A DNA stretch of 64,000 nucleotides from an uncultured Verrucomicrobiae bacterium (lineage in GTDB: Bacteria; Verrucomicrobiota; Verrucomicrobiia; Palsa-1439): NCBI GenBank assembly GCA_963812605.1, contig CAWEWF010000010.1, positions 128,001 through 192,000 on the forward strand. The letters run 5' to 3'. A model generated the notes under the pieces. It made no database searches and was not told the DNA's origin. It saw only the letters and a list, made by a program, of their open reading frames with translations. Position numbers and translations under genes: made by a program. This document shows positions 48,883 through 57,885 of the stretch, in pieces (positions within the stretch are counted from its first letter, which is position 1; each line of letters opens with the position of its first letter).

Positions 48883-48910
48883 TTGACAGGTGTTTGTTCT
48901 TTGATATAGT
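48883..48910 (+). promoter_or_regulatory. Sigma70-like promoter of the SAM-riboswitch operon
   Basis: TTGACA-16 nt-TATAGT with an extended TG. Confidence 0.7.
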
Positions 48911-48940
48911 CCCCTCGTTCCCTGAAAGGTTTCAGGGAAG

Positions 48941-49076
48941 AACTCATCAAGAGCGGTCGAGGGACTGGCCCGTAGAAGCCGCGGCAACCGTTCAGCCAGG
49001 CAGTCAATGGTTGAAGACAAGGTGCCAATTCCAGCTCCGAGGCCCGACGCAAGTCGGGAGCGGGGGAAGATGAGGG
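48941..49076 (+). ncRNA. SAM-I (S-box) riboswitch aptamer
   Basis: CTCATCAAGAG...GAGGGACTGGCCC..GAAGCC.CGGCAACC...GGTGCCAATTCC...AAGATGAG consensus. Confidence 0.95.
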
Positions 49077-49097
49077 AGAGAATCGAGTTGTCTTGAT

Positions 49098-49150
49098 GCC
49101 TCTTCATCGTCAACCCGCCGTTCGGGGACGCTGAAGGGGTTGTTTTTTTG
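49098..49150 (+). terminator. Riboswitch expression-platform terminator
   Basis: CCTCTTCA-TCGTC...GACG-C-TGAAGGGG followed by TTGTTTTTTT. Its 5' arm is also complementary to the P1 3' strand (GATGAGGGAG), as expected for an OFF switch. Confidence 0.75.
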
Positions 49151-49198
49151 CCCCGATGCGGTGGCGGTCGCTACTTGGTGAAGAAAGCGAGAGGGTAG

Positions 49199-50446
49199 AT
49201 GAAGGCAAAACATGGATTCTTCACCAGTCTAAAGTGTCGGGAGTGCGGGCGCCATTACCCGAAGGAGGCACTGCATGTCTGTGAGTTCTGCTTCGGTCCG
49301 CTGGAAGTCGATTACGACTACGACTTGATCAAAACCGTGCTGACACGGGACAAAATCCAGTCGCGGCCCACGAATATGTGGCGGTATCGCGAGTTGCTGC
49401 CGATTGAAGGCGAGCCGACCATCGGCTTCCAGGTCGGCTTCACGCCGCTGGTCAAGGCGGATCGCCTGGCGAAACGGCTGGGCCTGCGCGAGGTCTGGGT
49501 GAAGAACGACACGGTCAATTACCCGACATTGTCCTTTAAGGATCGTGTCGTCAGCGTGGCCTTGTCGCGCGCGCGGGAACTGGGCTTCGAAATTGTCGCG
49601 TGCGCGTCGACGGGTAATCTCGCGAATTCCGTGGCGGCCAACGCGGCGAGTGGGGGGCTGAAAAGTTACGTGTTCATCCCCGCAGACCTCGAAACGGGGA
49701 AGGTACTCGGGTCGCTGGTGTACGGAACGAACGTGATCGGCATCCGCGGCACGTACGACGCGGTGAATCGGCTCTGCAGCGAGATCGCGGGCAAGTACGG
49801 CTGGGCCTTTGTGAACGTAAACATCCGGCCCTACTACGCGGAAGGTTCGAAATCACTGGGCTATGAGGTCATCGAGCAACTGGGTTGGAGATTGCCGGAT
49901 CACGTGGTGGTCCCGATGGCAGGCGGTTCCCTCATCACGAAAATCCACAAGTCGTTCAAGGAATTCGTGAGACTCGGTTTGGTGGACGAGCGGGACTACT
50001 GCATTCATGGCGCCCAAGCCGAGGGTTGTGCGCCGATTGTGAACGCCATGAAGGCCGGCGCGGACATCATCAAGCCGGTGAGCAAGCCGCAGACAATCGT
50101 CAAATCGCTGGCCATCGGCAACCCGGCCGACGGGTTCTACTCGATCCAGACGATGAAGCAAACCGGCGGCTGGGCGGAGAACCCGGACGATACCGAGGTG
50201 GTCGAGGGAATCAAGCTGTTGGCGGAAACCGAGGGGATTTTCGCCGAGACGGCCGGTGGCGTGACCGTGGCGGCGACCAAGCGCCTCGTGGAAGATGGCC
50301 GGATCAAGCCGAACGAGTCGCTGGTGTTGTGTATCACGGGCCATGGACTGAAGACGCAGGAAGCCGTGGCCAACAAGTGCGGCGAGGCGCGGGTCATCGG
50401 GCCGCATCTGCATGAGTTTTCGGCGCTGCTCGACAGGAAGAATTGA
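49199..50446 (+). CDS. Threonine-synthase-like PLP enzyme (candidate sulfur-carrier-dependent O-phosphohomoserine sulfhydrylase)
   Basis: N-terminal CxxC...CxxC, PTLSFKDR, ASTGNLA, AIGNP, TEGIFAE, ITGHGLK; lies under a SAM riboswitch, next to a sulfur carrier. Confidence 0.85.
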   Translation: MKAKHGFFTSLKCRECGRHYPKEALHVCEFCFGPLEVDYDYDLIKTVLTRDKIQSRPTNMWRYRELLPIEGEPTIGFQVGFTPLVKADRLAKRLGLREVWVKNDTVNYPTLSFKDRVVSVALSRARELGFEIVACASTGNLANSVAANAASGGLKSYVFIPADLETGKVLGSLVYGTNVIGIRGTYDAVNRLCSEIAGKYGWAFVNVNIRPYYAEGSKSLGYEVIEQLGWRLPDHVVVPMAGGSLITKIHKSFKEFVRLGLVDERDYCIHGAQAEGCAPIVNAMKAGADIIKPVSKPQTIVKSLAIGNPADGFYSIQTMKQTGGWAENPDDTEVVEGIKLLAETEGIFAETAGGVTVAATKRLVEDGRIKPNESLVLCITGHGLKTQEAVANKCGEARVIGPHLHEFSALLDRKN

Positions 50447-50467
50447 GAGGAAGAAGGAGAAACGATT

Positions 50468-50746
50468 ATGCCAGTAAATGTAAGGATTCCGACACCATTG
50501 CGGAAACTGACGAAGGACAAGGACATCGTACAAGCGGCGGGCTCGACGATCCAGGACATCATCGACAACCTGGAGAAAGAGTACCCGGGCTTGAAGGAGC
50601 GGATTTGCGACGAGCGGGGCGAATTGCGCCGCTTCGTGAACGTGTACCTGAATGACGAGGACATTCGCTTTGCGCAAGGCAAGAGCACGCCGGTGAAGGA
50701 CGGCGACGAAATTTCGGTGATTCCCGCAATCGCGGGTGGACGGTGA
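50468..50746 (+). CDS. MoaD/ThiS/CysO-family ubiquitin-like sulfur carrier
   Basis: VRIPTPLR, LRRFVNVYLNDEDIRF, GDEISVIPAIAGG-R. Confidence 0.92.
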   Translation: MPVNVRIPTPLRKLTKDKDIVQAAGSTIQDIIDNLEKEYPGLKERICDERGELRRFVNVYLNDEDIRFAQGKSTPVKDGDEISVIPAIAGGR

Positions 50747-50755
50747 TAAATGATT

Positions 50756-50812
50756 TGTAGCCGCGAAACGTTTTCGCGGCAGAAGGGACCGCGAAGGAGA
50801 TTCGCGGCTACA
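50756..50812. repeat. Inverted pair of GTAG-type REP palindromes
   Basis: TGTAGCCGCGAA..TTCGCGGC ... CCGCGAA..TTCGCGGCTACA. Confidence 0.75.
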
Positions 50813-50820
50813 TGACAAGA

Positions 50821-51087
50821 ATGGCAAAGACAACGAAAGCAGCGAACGAGACCAAGCGTCTCTGGCTGACCTATCCGAAAAAGGCCATCCAGCGGCCGGT
50901 GATTTATGAGTTGGGTTACAAGTTCAAGGTCGTGACCAACATTCGTCAGGCCAGCGTGACGGAGGAAGTTGGCATTGTCTCGCTCGAATTGGTGGGTGAA
51001 CGCAGCGAGATCAAAAAAGCGATCAAATGGCTGGAAGGCCTCAGCATCAAGGTCGAGCCGGTCGAAATCAATGTGATCGAAGGGTAG
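50821..51087 (+). CDS. Stand-alone NIL-domain protein
   Basis: RLWLTYP, PVIYEL, VVTNIRQASV, G...LEL.G, AI.WL....IKVE. Confidence 0.85.
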   Translation: MAKTTKAANETKRLWLTYPKKAIQRPVIYELGYKFKVVTNIRQASVTEEVGIVSLELVGERSEIKKAIKWLEGLSIKVEPVEINVIEG

Positions 51088-51096
51088 AGAACGAAC

Positions 51097-51820
51097 GTGA
51101 AGTTCAGCGCGGAAGAAATCCATCAGTTGGCGGCGGAGTTTGAGACCCAAACCCCGCGCGACATTCTTCAATGGGCGGCGGACAGTTTTGGTTCGCGCGT
51201 CGCCATCTCTTCCGCGTTTGGCCCCGAAGGCCTGGTGGTGATCGACATCGCGATGCGCAAGGTCACGCCGCGGCTTCCCGTCTTCACCATCGACACCGGT
51301 TTCTTCTTCAAAGAGACCGATCGAACTCATCGGCAAGATCGAACAGGAATACGGCATCACGATCGAACGCCTCCATCCGGAGTTGACGCCCGAGCAACAG
51401 GCGGAGAAGCATGGGCCCGAACTTTATCGGCGCGAGCCGGACCGTTGCTGCTATATGCGCAAGACGCTGCCGCTGCAGAAAAAACTGGCGGATCTCGATG
51501 CGTACGTCTCCGGTCTGCGCCGGACGCAGGGCGAAACGCGCAAGGGCGCGAAGATTCTGCAATTGCAGGAGACATCGGATGGCCTGCGTTATTTGAAAAT
51601 CAATCCGCTCGCGGCCTGGAGCAAGGAAGAAGTCTGGTGGTATATCGTCAGCCACCAACTGCACTACAACCCGCTCCACGATCAGGGCTACCCGAGCATC
51701 GGTTGCTCGCCGGACTGCTGCACGCGTGCCGTGAAAGACGGAGAAGACGAGCGCGCGGGCCGCTGGGCCGGTTCCGAAAAGAAGGAGTGCGGACTCCACA
51801 CATTCGCCGCGAATATTTGA
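51097..51820 (+). CDS. cysH: APS/PAPS reductase (Fe-S type), frameshift near 51320
   Basis: SSAFG, IDTGFFFKET, DRCCYMRK, GLRR, KINPL, GYPSIGC..CC, RAGRW, ECGLH. Confidence 0.9.
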
Positions 51821-51830
51821 TCTTCATGAC

Positions 51831-51899
51831 TGTCATTCTGAGCGAAGCGAAGAATCTCTGTCGTTCGGTGGCAGACCCTTCGCTTTGCTCAGGGTGACA
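51831..51899. repeat. Palindromic interspersed repeat (GTCATTCTGAGCGAAGCGAAGAATCT family)
   Basis: TGTCATTCTGAGCGAAGCGAAG...CTTCGCTTTGCTCAGGGTGACA terminal inverted repeat. Confidence 0.8.
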
Positions 51900-51921
51900 A
51901 AGGAATAAAGTTACCGAATTT

Positions 51922-52722
51922 ATGGACCATCTCGACAAGCTGGAGAACCAAAGCGTTTTTATTATTCGCGAGGCGTTCAACAAGATTGAGCGGCTGGCGA
52001 TGTTGTGGAGCGTGGGCAAAGACTCTCAGACCATCATGTGGCTCGCGCGCAAGGCGTTTTTCGGGCACGTCCCATTTCCGTGCGTCTTCATGGAAACGAC
52101 TTTCGACATGCCGGAACTCGTCGAACTGCGCGACCGATTGACCAAGGAGTGGAAATTGAACCTCGTCATCGCCCGCAATGAGGAAGCGCTGGCGCAGGGT
52201 ATGAACCACACCCGCGGCCGCGTTAATTGCTGCTCGGCGTTATTGAAAGAGAACCTCAAGAAGATTGTCGACCGCGAAAAATACGGCGGACTTATTGTGG
52301 GCGTGCGTCGCGATGAAGACCCGACCCGAGCGAAAGAACGCTACTTCTCGCCGCGCGACAAGAACATGGAATGGAACGTCGAAGACCAGCCGCCCGAGCT
52401 CTGGGACCAATTCAACACGGACCTGGCGGGCGGCACGCATCTGCGTGTCCATCCGCTCCTGCACTGGACGGAGACAAACATTTGGGAATACGCCGAGCGC
52501 GAGCAGATTCCGAATGTGTCGCTGTACTTTGCCAAGAACGGGAAACGCTATCGCAGCCTTGGTTGTGTCCCCTGCACGTTCATGATCGACTCCAACGCCG
52601 ACACCTACGAAAAGATCCGCGAAGAATTGCGGACGACCAAGCGCAGCGAACGCAGCGTCCGCGCGCAAGACCAGGAAAGCGAAGACGCCTTCGAGAAGCT
52701 GCGGCGTGATGGGTATATGTAG
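51922..52722 (+). CDS. cysD: Sulfate adenylyltransferase subunit 2
   Basis: LWSVGKDS, GVRRDE..RAKERYFS, QPPELW, RVHPL..WTE, YRSLGC..CT. Confidence 0.93.
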   Translation: MDHLDKLENQSVFIIREAFNKIERLAMLWSVGKDSQTIMWLARKAFFGHVPFPCVFMETTFDMPELVELRDRLTKEWKLNLVIARNEEALAQGMNHTRGRVNCCSALLKENLKKIVDREKYGGLIVGVRRDEDPTRAKERYFSPRDKNMEWNVEDQPPELWDQFNTDLAGGTHLRVHPLLHWTETNIWEYAEREQIPNVSLYFAKNGKRYRSLGCVPCTFMIDSNADTYEKIREELRTTKRSERSVRAQDQESEDAFEKLRRDGYM

Positions 52723-52725
52723 GCG

Positions 52726-54621
52726 ATGAGCACGAACACTCTTCAATCCGAGCAGTTGAAAATCGTCATCGTCGGCCATGTGGATCATGGCAAGTCCACG
52801 CTGGTGGGGCGCTTGTTTTACGACACCGGCTCGCTGCCGGAAGGGAAGTACGAGAAGATCAAGACGGCCTGTGAGCGGCGCGGGATGCCGTTCGAGTGGG
52901 CGTTCCTGATGGATGGCTTGCAGGCGGAACGCGACCAGAACATTACCATCGATACCGCACAGATTTGGTTCCGCACGAAGCAACGCCAGTACGTGATTAT
53001 CGACGCGCCCGGCCACAAAGAGTTTCTCAAGAACATGGTCACGGGAGCGGCGAGCGCCGAGGCCGCGCTGCTGCTGATCGATGCGAGCGAGGGCGTGCAG
53101 GAACAATCGCGGCGGCACGGCTTCCTTCTTTCGCTGCTCGGGATTCGCCAGATTGCGGTGCTCGTGAACAAGATGGACTTGAAGGGCTACAGCGATAAGG
53201 CGTTCAAGTCGATTGAGGACGAGTATCGGGCTTTCCTGAAACAATTCGGCGTTGAACCGAAACTTTTCATACCGATTGCCGCGGCCAAGGGTGACAATGT
53301 CGCCAACAAGTCCGCGAACATGCCGTGGTACAGCGGCCCGACCGTTCTGGAAGCACTCGACCGGTTTCAAACTGCGGAACCGCCCCATAATTTGCCGCTG
53401 CGTTTCCCGATTCAGGACGTCTATCGGTTCGATCAACGCCGCATCCTGGCGGGCCGCGTCGAGTCCGGCACACTTCACGTGGGTGACAAGATTCTCTTCT
53501 CGCCACGAAACAAGGTGAGCACGGTCAAATCGATTGAGAGCTGGCCGCATAATTCCCGTGAGACCGCGAGCGCGGGTGAGTCCATCGGGATTACGCTGAC
53601 GGAGCAGATCTTCGTCGAGCGCGGGCAGATTGCATCCAATGAACAGGATGCGCCCATCGAGACGGATGTGTTCAATGCCAAGTTTTTCTGGCTCGGCCGC
53701 CAGAACCTCGAGGTCGGCCGCAAGATCAAACTGAAGCTGACCACTGAAGAGGTGGAGTGCCAGATCCAATCGATTGAGAAGCTGATCGATGCCTCGACGC
53801 TGGCGGAAATCGACACAAAATCGCGGCCTTACGTGGCGCGCAACGACGTGGCCGAGGTCACGATTCGCACCAAGACGCCCATTGCGTTCGACAACGCGGA
53901 CCGGATCGTCAATACCGGCCGTTTTGTATTCATCGACCGCTTCCAGGTGTGTGGCGGCGGTGTCATTTCCAAGGGGCAATATCCCGACCGCCGTCAGGTT
54001 TTGTCGGGAGTGAAGAGCCAGAACATTTTTTGGTCGGCGGGCAAGATCACGCGGGAGGCGCGCGAACAACGCAATCGGCACAAGGGAGCCATCCTCTGGC
54101 TCACGGGCTTATCCGGTGCCGGGAAATCCACGGTGGCCACGGAATTGGAGCGCGAACTTTTTGCGAAGGGATTGCATACGTATATTCTCGACGGCGACAA
54201 CATCCGCCATGGTCTGAGCGCCAACCTCGGGTTCTCGCCCGAAGATCGCACGGAGAACATTCGGCGGGTGGCAGAGGTCGCGCGGCTGCTCATGGATGCG
54301 GGTGTGCTGGTCATCACGGCGTTTATTTCGCCCTACCGGGACGACCGACGCCTGGCGCGTTCGCTGGTCAACGAGGGCGAGTTCGTGGAAGTCTATGTGA
54401 ACGCGCCGCTCGAAGTCTGCGAACAGCGCGATCCGAAGGGACTCTACAAGAAGGCGCGCGCCGGTCAGATCGCCAACTTCACCGGCATCTCCGCGCCATA
54501 CGAGCCGCCCGACCACCCGGAGTTGGTGGTCCATACGGACAAGCAGACCCCGGCGGAATGCGTTGCCCAGATCATTGACTTTTTGAAGCTGCAGTACATC
54601 GATGCGGACTGGAGCATCTGA
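52726..54621 (+). CDS. cysNC: Bifunctional sulfate adenylyltransferase subunit 1 / APS kinase
   Basis: [18 protein letters not shown]; then [29 protein letters not shown]. Confidence 0.95.
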   Translation: MSTNTLQSEQLKIVIVGHVDHGKSTLVGRLFYDTGSLPEGKYEKIKTACERRGMPFEWAFLMDGLQAERDQNITIDTAQIWFRTKQRQYVIIDAPGHKEFLKNMVTGAASAEAALLLIDASEGVQEQSRRHGFLLSLLGIRQIAVLVNKMDLKGYSDKAFKSIEDEYRAFLKQFGVEPKLFIPIAAAKGDNVANKSANMPWYSGPTVLEALDRFQTAEPPHNLPLRFPIQDVYRFDQRRILAGRVESGTLHVGDKILFSPRNKVSTVKSIESWPHNSRETASAGESIGITLTEQIFVERGQIASNEQDAPIETDVFNAKFFWLGRQNLEVGRKIKLKLTTEEVECQIQSIEKLIDASTLAEIDTKSRPYVARNDVAEVTIRTKTPIAFDNADRIVNTGRFVFIDRFQVCGGGVISKGQYPDRRQVLSGVKSQNIFWSAGKITREAREQRNRHKGAILWLTGLSGAGKSTVATELERELFAKGLHTYILDGDNIRHGLSANLGFSPEDRTENIRRVAEVARLLMDAGVLVITAFISPYRDDRRLARSLVNEGEFVEVYVNAPLEVCEQRDPKGLYKKARAGQIANFTGISAPYEPPDHPELVVHTDKQTPAECVAQIIDFLKLQYIDADWSI

Positions 54622-54685
54622 ACCGCGAAGATTTACTTTCGCGTCGTTGAGTGCTGTGGTAGAATGAGATGCACAAGGAGAGAAC

Positions 54686-55156
54686 ATGGCGAAATCGGAA
54701 TCGAGGGTTCGCGACAAGCTGCAGTCGCCGTTGGTGAGGCAGTTCTCCGTCTTTCTTGAAAACAAGGTTGGCGCGCTGCTCGATCTCACCCGCACGTTGA
54801 GCGAGTCGAACGTCCACGTGTGCGGAATCTCGGTGGTGGATACCGCTGACGCATCGGTCGTGCGTATTGTGGTGGACGATCCGGAACGTTGTCACGAGGC
54901 GCTGGGGAAGGCAGGCATTCCCGTCAGCGGCTCGATCCTCGTGGTCGTAGAGATGCCGCGCGGCCCGGAAAAACTGGACACGGTGTTGCGGAGCCTGGTC
55001 GCCGCGGAGGTCAATATTCAGTACACCTATTCCCTGATGGTTCGTCCGCACGACAAGGCGCTTCTGGCCCTGCATTGCGAAGACCCTGAATTTGCCCGCG
55101 AGGTCCTGGTAAAAGCCGGCTACCGGGTCCTGGGCCAGAAGGACATTTCACGCTGA
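54686..55156 (+). CDS. Tandem ACT-domain protein
   Basis: QFSVFLENKVG, VNIQYTY. Confidence 0.82.
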   Translation: MAKSESRVRDKLQSPLVRQFSVFLENKVGALLDLTRTLSESNVHVCGISVVDTADASVVRIVVDDPERCHEALGKAGIPVSGSILVVVEMPRGPEKLDTVLRSLVAAEVNIQYTYSLMVRPHDKALLALHCEDPEFAREVLVKAGYRVLGQKDISR

Positions 55157-55578
55157 TGAGCGACCAGCCGACACCAATTGGCCTGGCGATCGTGATCTGT
55201 GACCTGATTATTGAGGACAAGCTCACGAACAAGAAATCCCTGATCGGGATTTTCAACCAGATTGGGACGCAAAACTTCCCCTGCCGTCATCCGCAAATTT
55301 GTGTGTTCGTCTCGCTCACCGAGGGGCGCGGGCAATGTGTTGCGCGCTTGCGGATCGTCCATGATGAGAGCGATCACGTCGTGGCCGAGGTCAACGGCGG
55401 CATCGAGTTTCCGGATGTAAACGCCGTGGTCGAATTGAATTTCAACCTGGTGGGGCTCGTCTTTCCCGAACCCGGCACGTATTCGATCGAGTTCTATTGC
55501 GATGACGCACTGGTCCTGGAGCGGCGCTTCAACGTCACGCAGGTCAAGCCCGCGCAGGGCCCGGCGCCCGAATCGTAG
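55156..55578 (+). CDS. DUF6941-like protein
   Basis: ICD..IED..T.KKSLIGIF, FPEPG.Y..E; translationally coupled to the upstream gene. Confidence 0.65.
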   Translation: MSDQPTPIGLAIVICDLIIEDKLTNKKSLIGIFNQIGTQNFPCRHPQICVFVSLTEGRGQCVARLRIVHDESDHVVAEVNGGIEFPDVNAVVELNFNLVGLVFPEPGTYSIEFYCDDALVLERRFNVTQVKPAQGPAPES

Positions 55579-55597
55579 CGGCAGAGCCGAAGCCCCC

Positions 55598-55909
55598 CTA
55601 CAACGTCTTGAGCAGTTCTGTCAGTTCTTCACGAGGGCCGTCGTGGTGCTGCCCTATGGCGAGTTGCAGGGCGCGTTCCAGAATCGGTTTGGCTTCTGTC
55701 GAACGATCGAGGGCGATCAATGATTTGCCGAGTTGAATGTGCGCGACCATCCATTCGGGTTTCTTCCCGCAGAGCGCGCGCAGGTGTTCAATGGCAGCGA
55801 CGTAGTCGTTCGTATCGACATACGCCTGCGCGAGATTGAAACGCGAGAGATCATTATCGGGGAATTGCCGCCACAGTGCGAGGGCTTTGGCGATTCGGTC
55901 GTGACTCAT
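55598..55909 (-). CDS. Small TPR protein
   Basis: PDNDLSRFNLA, A..QLGK.L helical repeats. Confidence 0.75.
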   Translation of the reverse strand: MSHDRIAKALALWRQFPDNDLSRFNLAQAYVDTNDYVAAIEHLRALCGKKPEWMVAHIQLGKSLIALDRSTEAKPILERALQLAIGQHHDGPREELTELLKTL

Positions 55910-55938
55910 GGCGTTCTTCTACGCTAGGCTCTCGCGGC

Positions 55939-56631
55939 GTGGAAAGTAAATTCTACCGGGCCGATGAGCACCGCGCGGAAAAGGTGCACGATTTATTTGC
56001 CACGATCGCGCGGCGTTACGACCTGCTCAATGACATCATGAGCGCGGGACTGCACCGGCGGTGGAAACGCCGGTTGGTCGAGTTGGCGGGCGAGCCGCGC
56101 GAGGTGCTGGATCTCTGTTGCGGAACGGGCGACATCGCGCTGCGGTTTCGGGGGCGGGTGGTTGGAGTGGACTTTACCGGGGAGATGCTGCGCGTGGCGG
56201 CGACGCGCGAGAACTCCGAAGTCTCGTGGATTCAAGCGGACGCGTTGCGATTGCCATTCGCCGACAATTCATTCGACGCTGTCAGCGTGGGCTATGGCCT
56301 GCGAAACCTCGCGGACATCGAACAGGGGTTGCGCGAAGTCTTCCGCGTGCTGCGGCCGGGCGGAAAATTTGTGTCGCTTGATTTTGGGAAGCCCGAATCG
56401 CCGACCTTCCGGGCCTTGTATTTCGGCTATTTGCGCGTTGTCTCGCCGATCCTGGGGCGGCTCTTCTGCGGCGATCCCGACACATACGGGTATATCCTGG
56501 CGTCGTTGCAGAGTTATCCGGCGCAACGCGGGATCAAGGGACTGATGGAGTCGCAAGGCTATCGCGAGTGCGGCATCGAGGAATTCTGGTTCGGGTCCAT
56601 GGCCATCAACTACGGCTCCAAGCCGCACTGA
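55939..56631 (+). CDS. ubiE: UbiE/MenG quinone methyltransferase
   Basis: F..IA.RYDL.N..MS.GLH..W, LDLCCGTGD, DAL.LPF.DNSFD, YGLRN. Confidence 0.85.
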   Translation: MESKFYRADEHRAEKVHDLFATIARRYDLLNDIMSAGLHRRWKRRLVELAGEPREVLDLCCGTGDIALRFRGRVVGVDFTGEMLRVAATRENSEVSWIQADALRLPFADNSFDAVSVGYGLRNLADIEQGLREVFRVLRPGGKFVSLDFGKPESPTFRALYFGYLRVVSPILGRLFCGDPDTYGYILASLQSYPAQRGIKGLMESQGYRECGIEEFWFGSMAINYGSKPH

Positions 56632-56646
56632 TTCCTTCTTTGGAGA

Positions 56647-57885
56647 TCATAGGCCTTCCAGGACCTTCACCCCCGCCACCATTTTGCAGACGTGGACCGC
56701 GTACTTGTCGGCAAGTTGCGGGTAACGGCGCGGGTAACCGACATCCACCGCTTTTTTCAATGCTGCGACGCTTTCCGCGCGCGCCAGCGCACCAGCCGCG
56801 CCCTTGTCGCCGCCGCCGAGCATGCGTTCGCCGAGAACGCCGGGAACGGAGCGGGCGATATCGCACATCGTTTCCAGTTCCGGACCCGATATTTGGTAAT
56901 CATCGCGCAAACTGATCCCATCCCGGCGGAAGACCGCGCCCACGGCCTCGATATCTCCAGATTTCCAGGCCTCCAGCATTTGTGGGAAGCGCTGCTGGGC
57001 ATGGAAGATGTATTTGAGGCGGGCGCAAAGCTGTGGATGCGACCTTCCGTAACGGGCGACCACGCGGTGGTAGAGCGCCTGGTCCCGAATGTCGGCGAGG
57101 CAGGAGAAGCCGAATTCCTTTCCCGCGAGGGCCACAAGCTCCTCGCACTCAGCGCGGCGAATCTTGTAGGTGGATTTTTCGAGGCCGGGCCTCACGGTGC
57201 CGGTGTCGAGACCAACAATCCGAAAGTCGATGGCCTGTTTGCCCAGTGGCACGTAGCGAACGGCGCGGGTTTTTGGATCATAATGCGTCCCCATGCCCTC
57301 ACGGGCGAAGTAAATCATGATTTGATCGAGGTTGCCGCAGGGGGAGCCGATGTAATCGTTCTCGACGGCCTGGGCCATGTCGATGATCTTCATTTCGTCC
57401 GACACCGTGATGCGGTTCACTTCCAGGAATGTGAGAATCAAGTTCAGGCAGAGCGATGCCGAGCGCGACATCCCGCCGCCGGGGATGTTACTGTAGAGGA
57501 CGGCGTCGAATCCACGGACCGGTTGCAATCCGTCCCGCCGCAAAACATGGTCGACGCCATAGGGGAATCGCACCCACCTGTTCGCAGCGCCCAATGATCT
57601 TGGTGGCGGCACTTCACCGAGTTTGAAACCGACAAGGCCCTCGTCCGGGAAATTCGCGCTGCACAGGCGTACACGGTCGGTATGATTGGGCTGGTAAGCC
57701 AGCCAAAGAAACCGATCCGTGCCGACGCCGAAAAGTTCCGTGCCGTTGTAGTCGCCATGCTCGACTCCCAGGCAGAATCGGGATGAAGTGCGGCGAATTT
57801 TGCCCCCTTGAACCCGGAGTCCGGTCGCCGCAGCCAGACGCCCGAGAGTTTCCCGTGCTTGAGTGTCTGAGGTGGTGTCTTTCAT
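56647..57885 (-). CDS. Galactokinase-like GHMP kinase (divergent)
   Basis: SRFCLGVEHGDYNG, NIPGGGMSRSA, ENDYIGSPCGNLDQ, GERMLGGG. Confidence 0.8.
   Translation of the reverse strand: MKDTTSDTQARETLGRLAAATGLRVQGGKIRRTSSRFCLGVEHGDYNGTELFGVGTDRFLWLAYQPNHTDRVRLCSANFPDEGLVGFKLGEVPPPRSLGAANRWVRFPYGVDHVLRRDGLQPVRGFDAVLYSNIPGGGMSRSASLCLNLILTFLEVNRITVSDEMKIIDMAQAVENDYIGSPCGNLDQIMIYFAREGMGTHYDPKTRAVRYVPLGKQAIDFRIVGLDTGTVRPGLEKSTYKIRRAECEELVALAGKEFGFSCLADIRDQALYHRVVARYGRSHPQLCARLKYIFHAQQRFPQMLEAWKSGDIEAVGAVFRRDGISLRDDYQISGPELETMCDIARSVPGVLGERMLGGGDKGAAGALARAESVAALKKAVDVGYPRRYPQLADKYAVHVCKMVAGVKVLEGL

Noticed and set aside
49199-50446. Plain threonine synthase (thrC) assignment
   Set aside because: The family is right, but the SAM riboswitch and adjacent sulfur carrier argue against assuming threonine synthesis, so the symbol is withheld.
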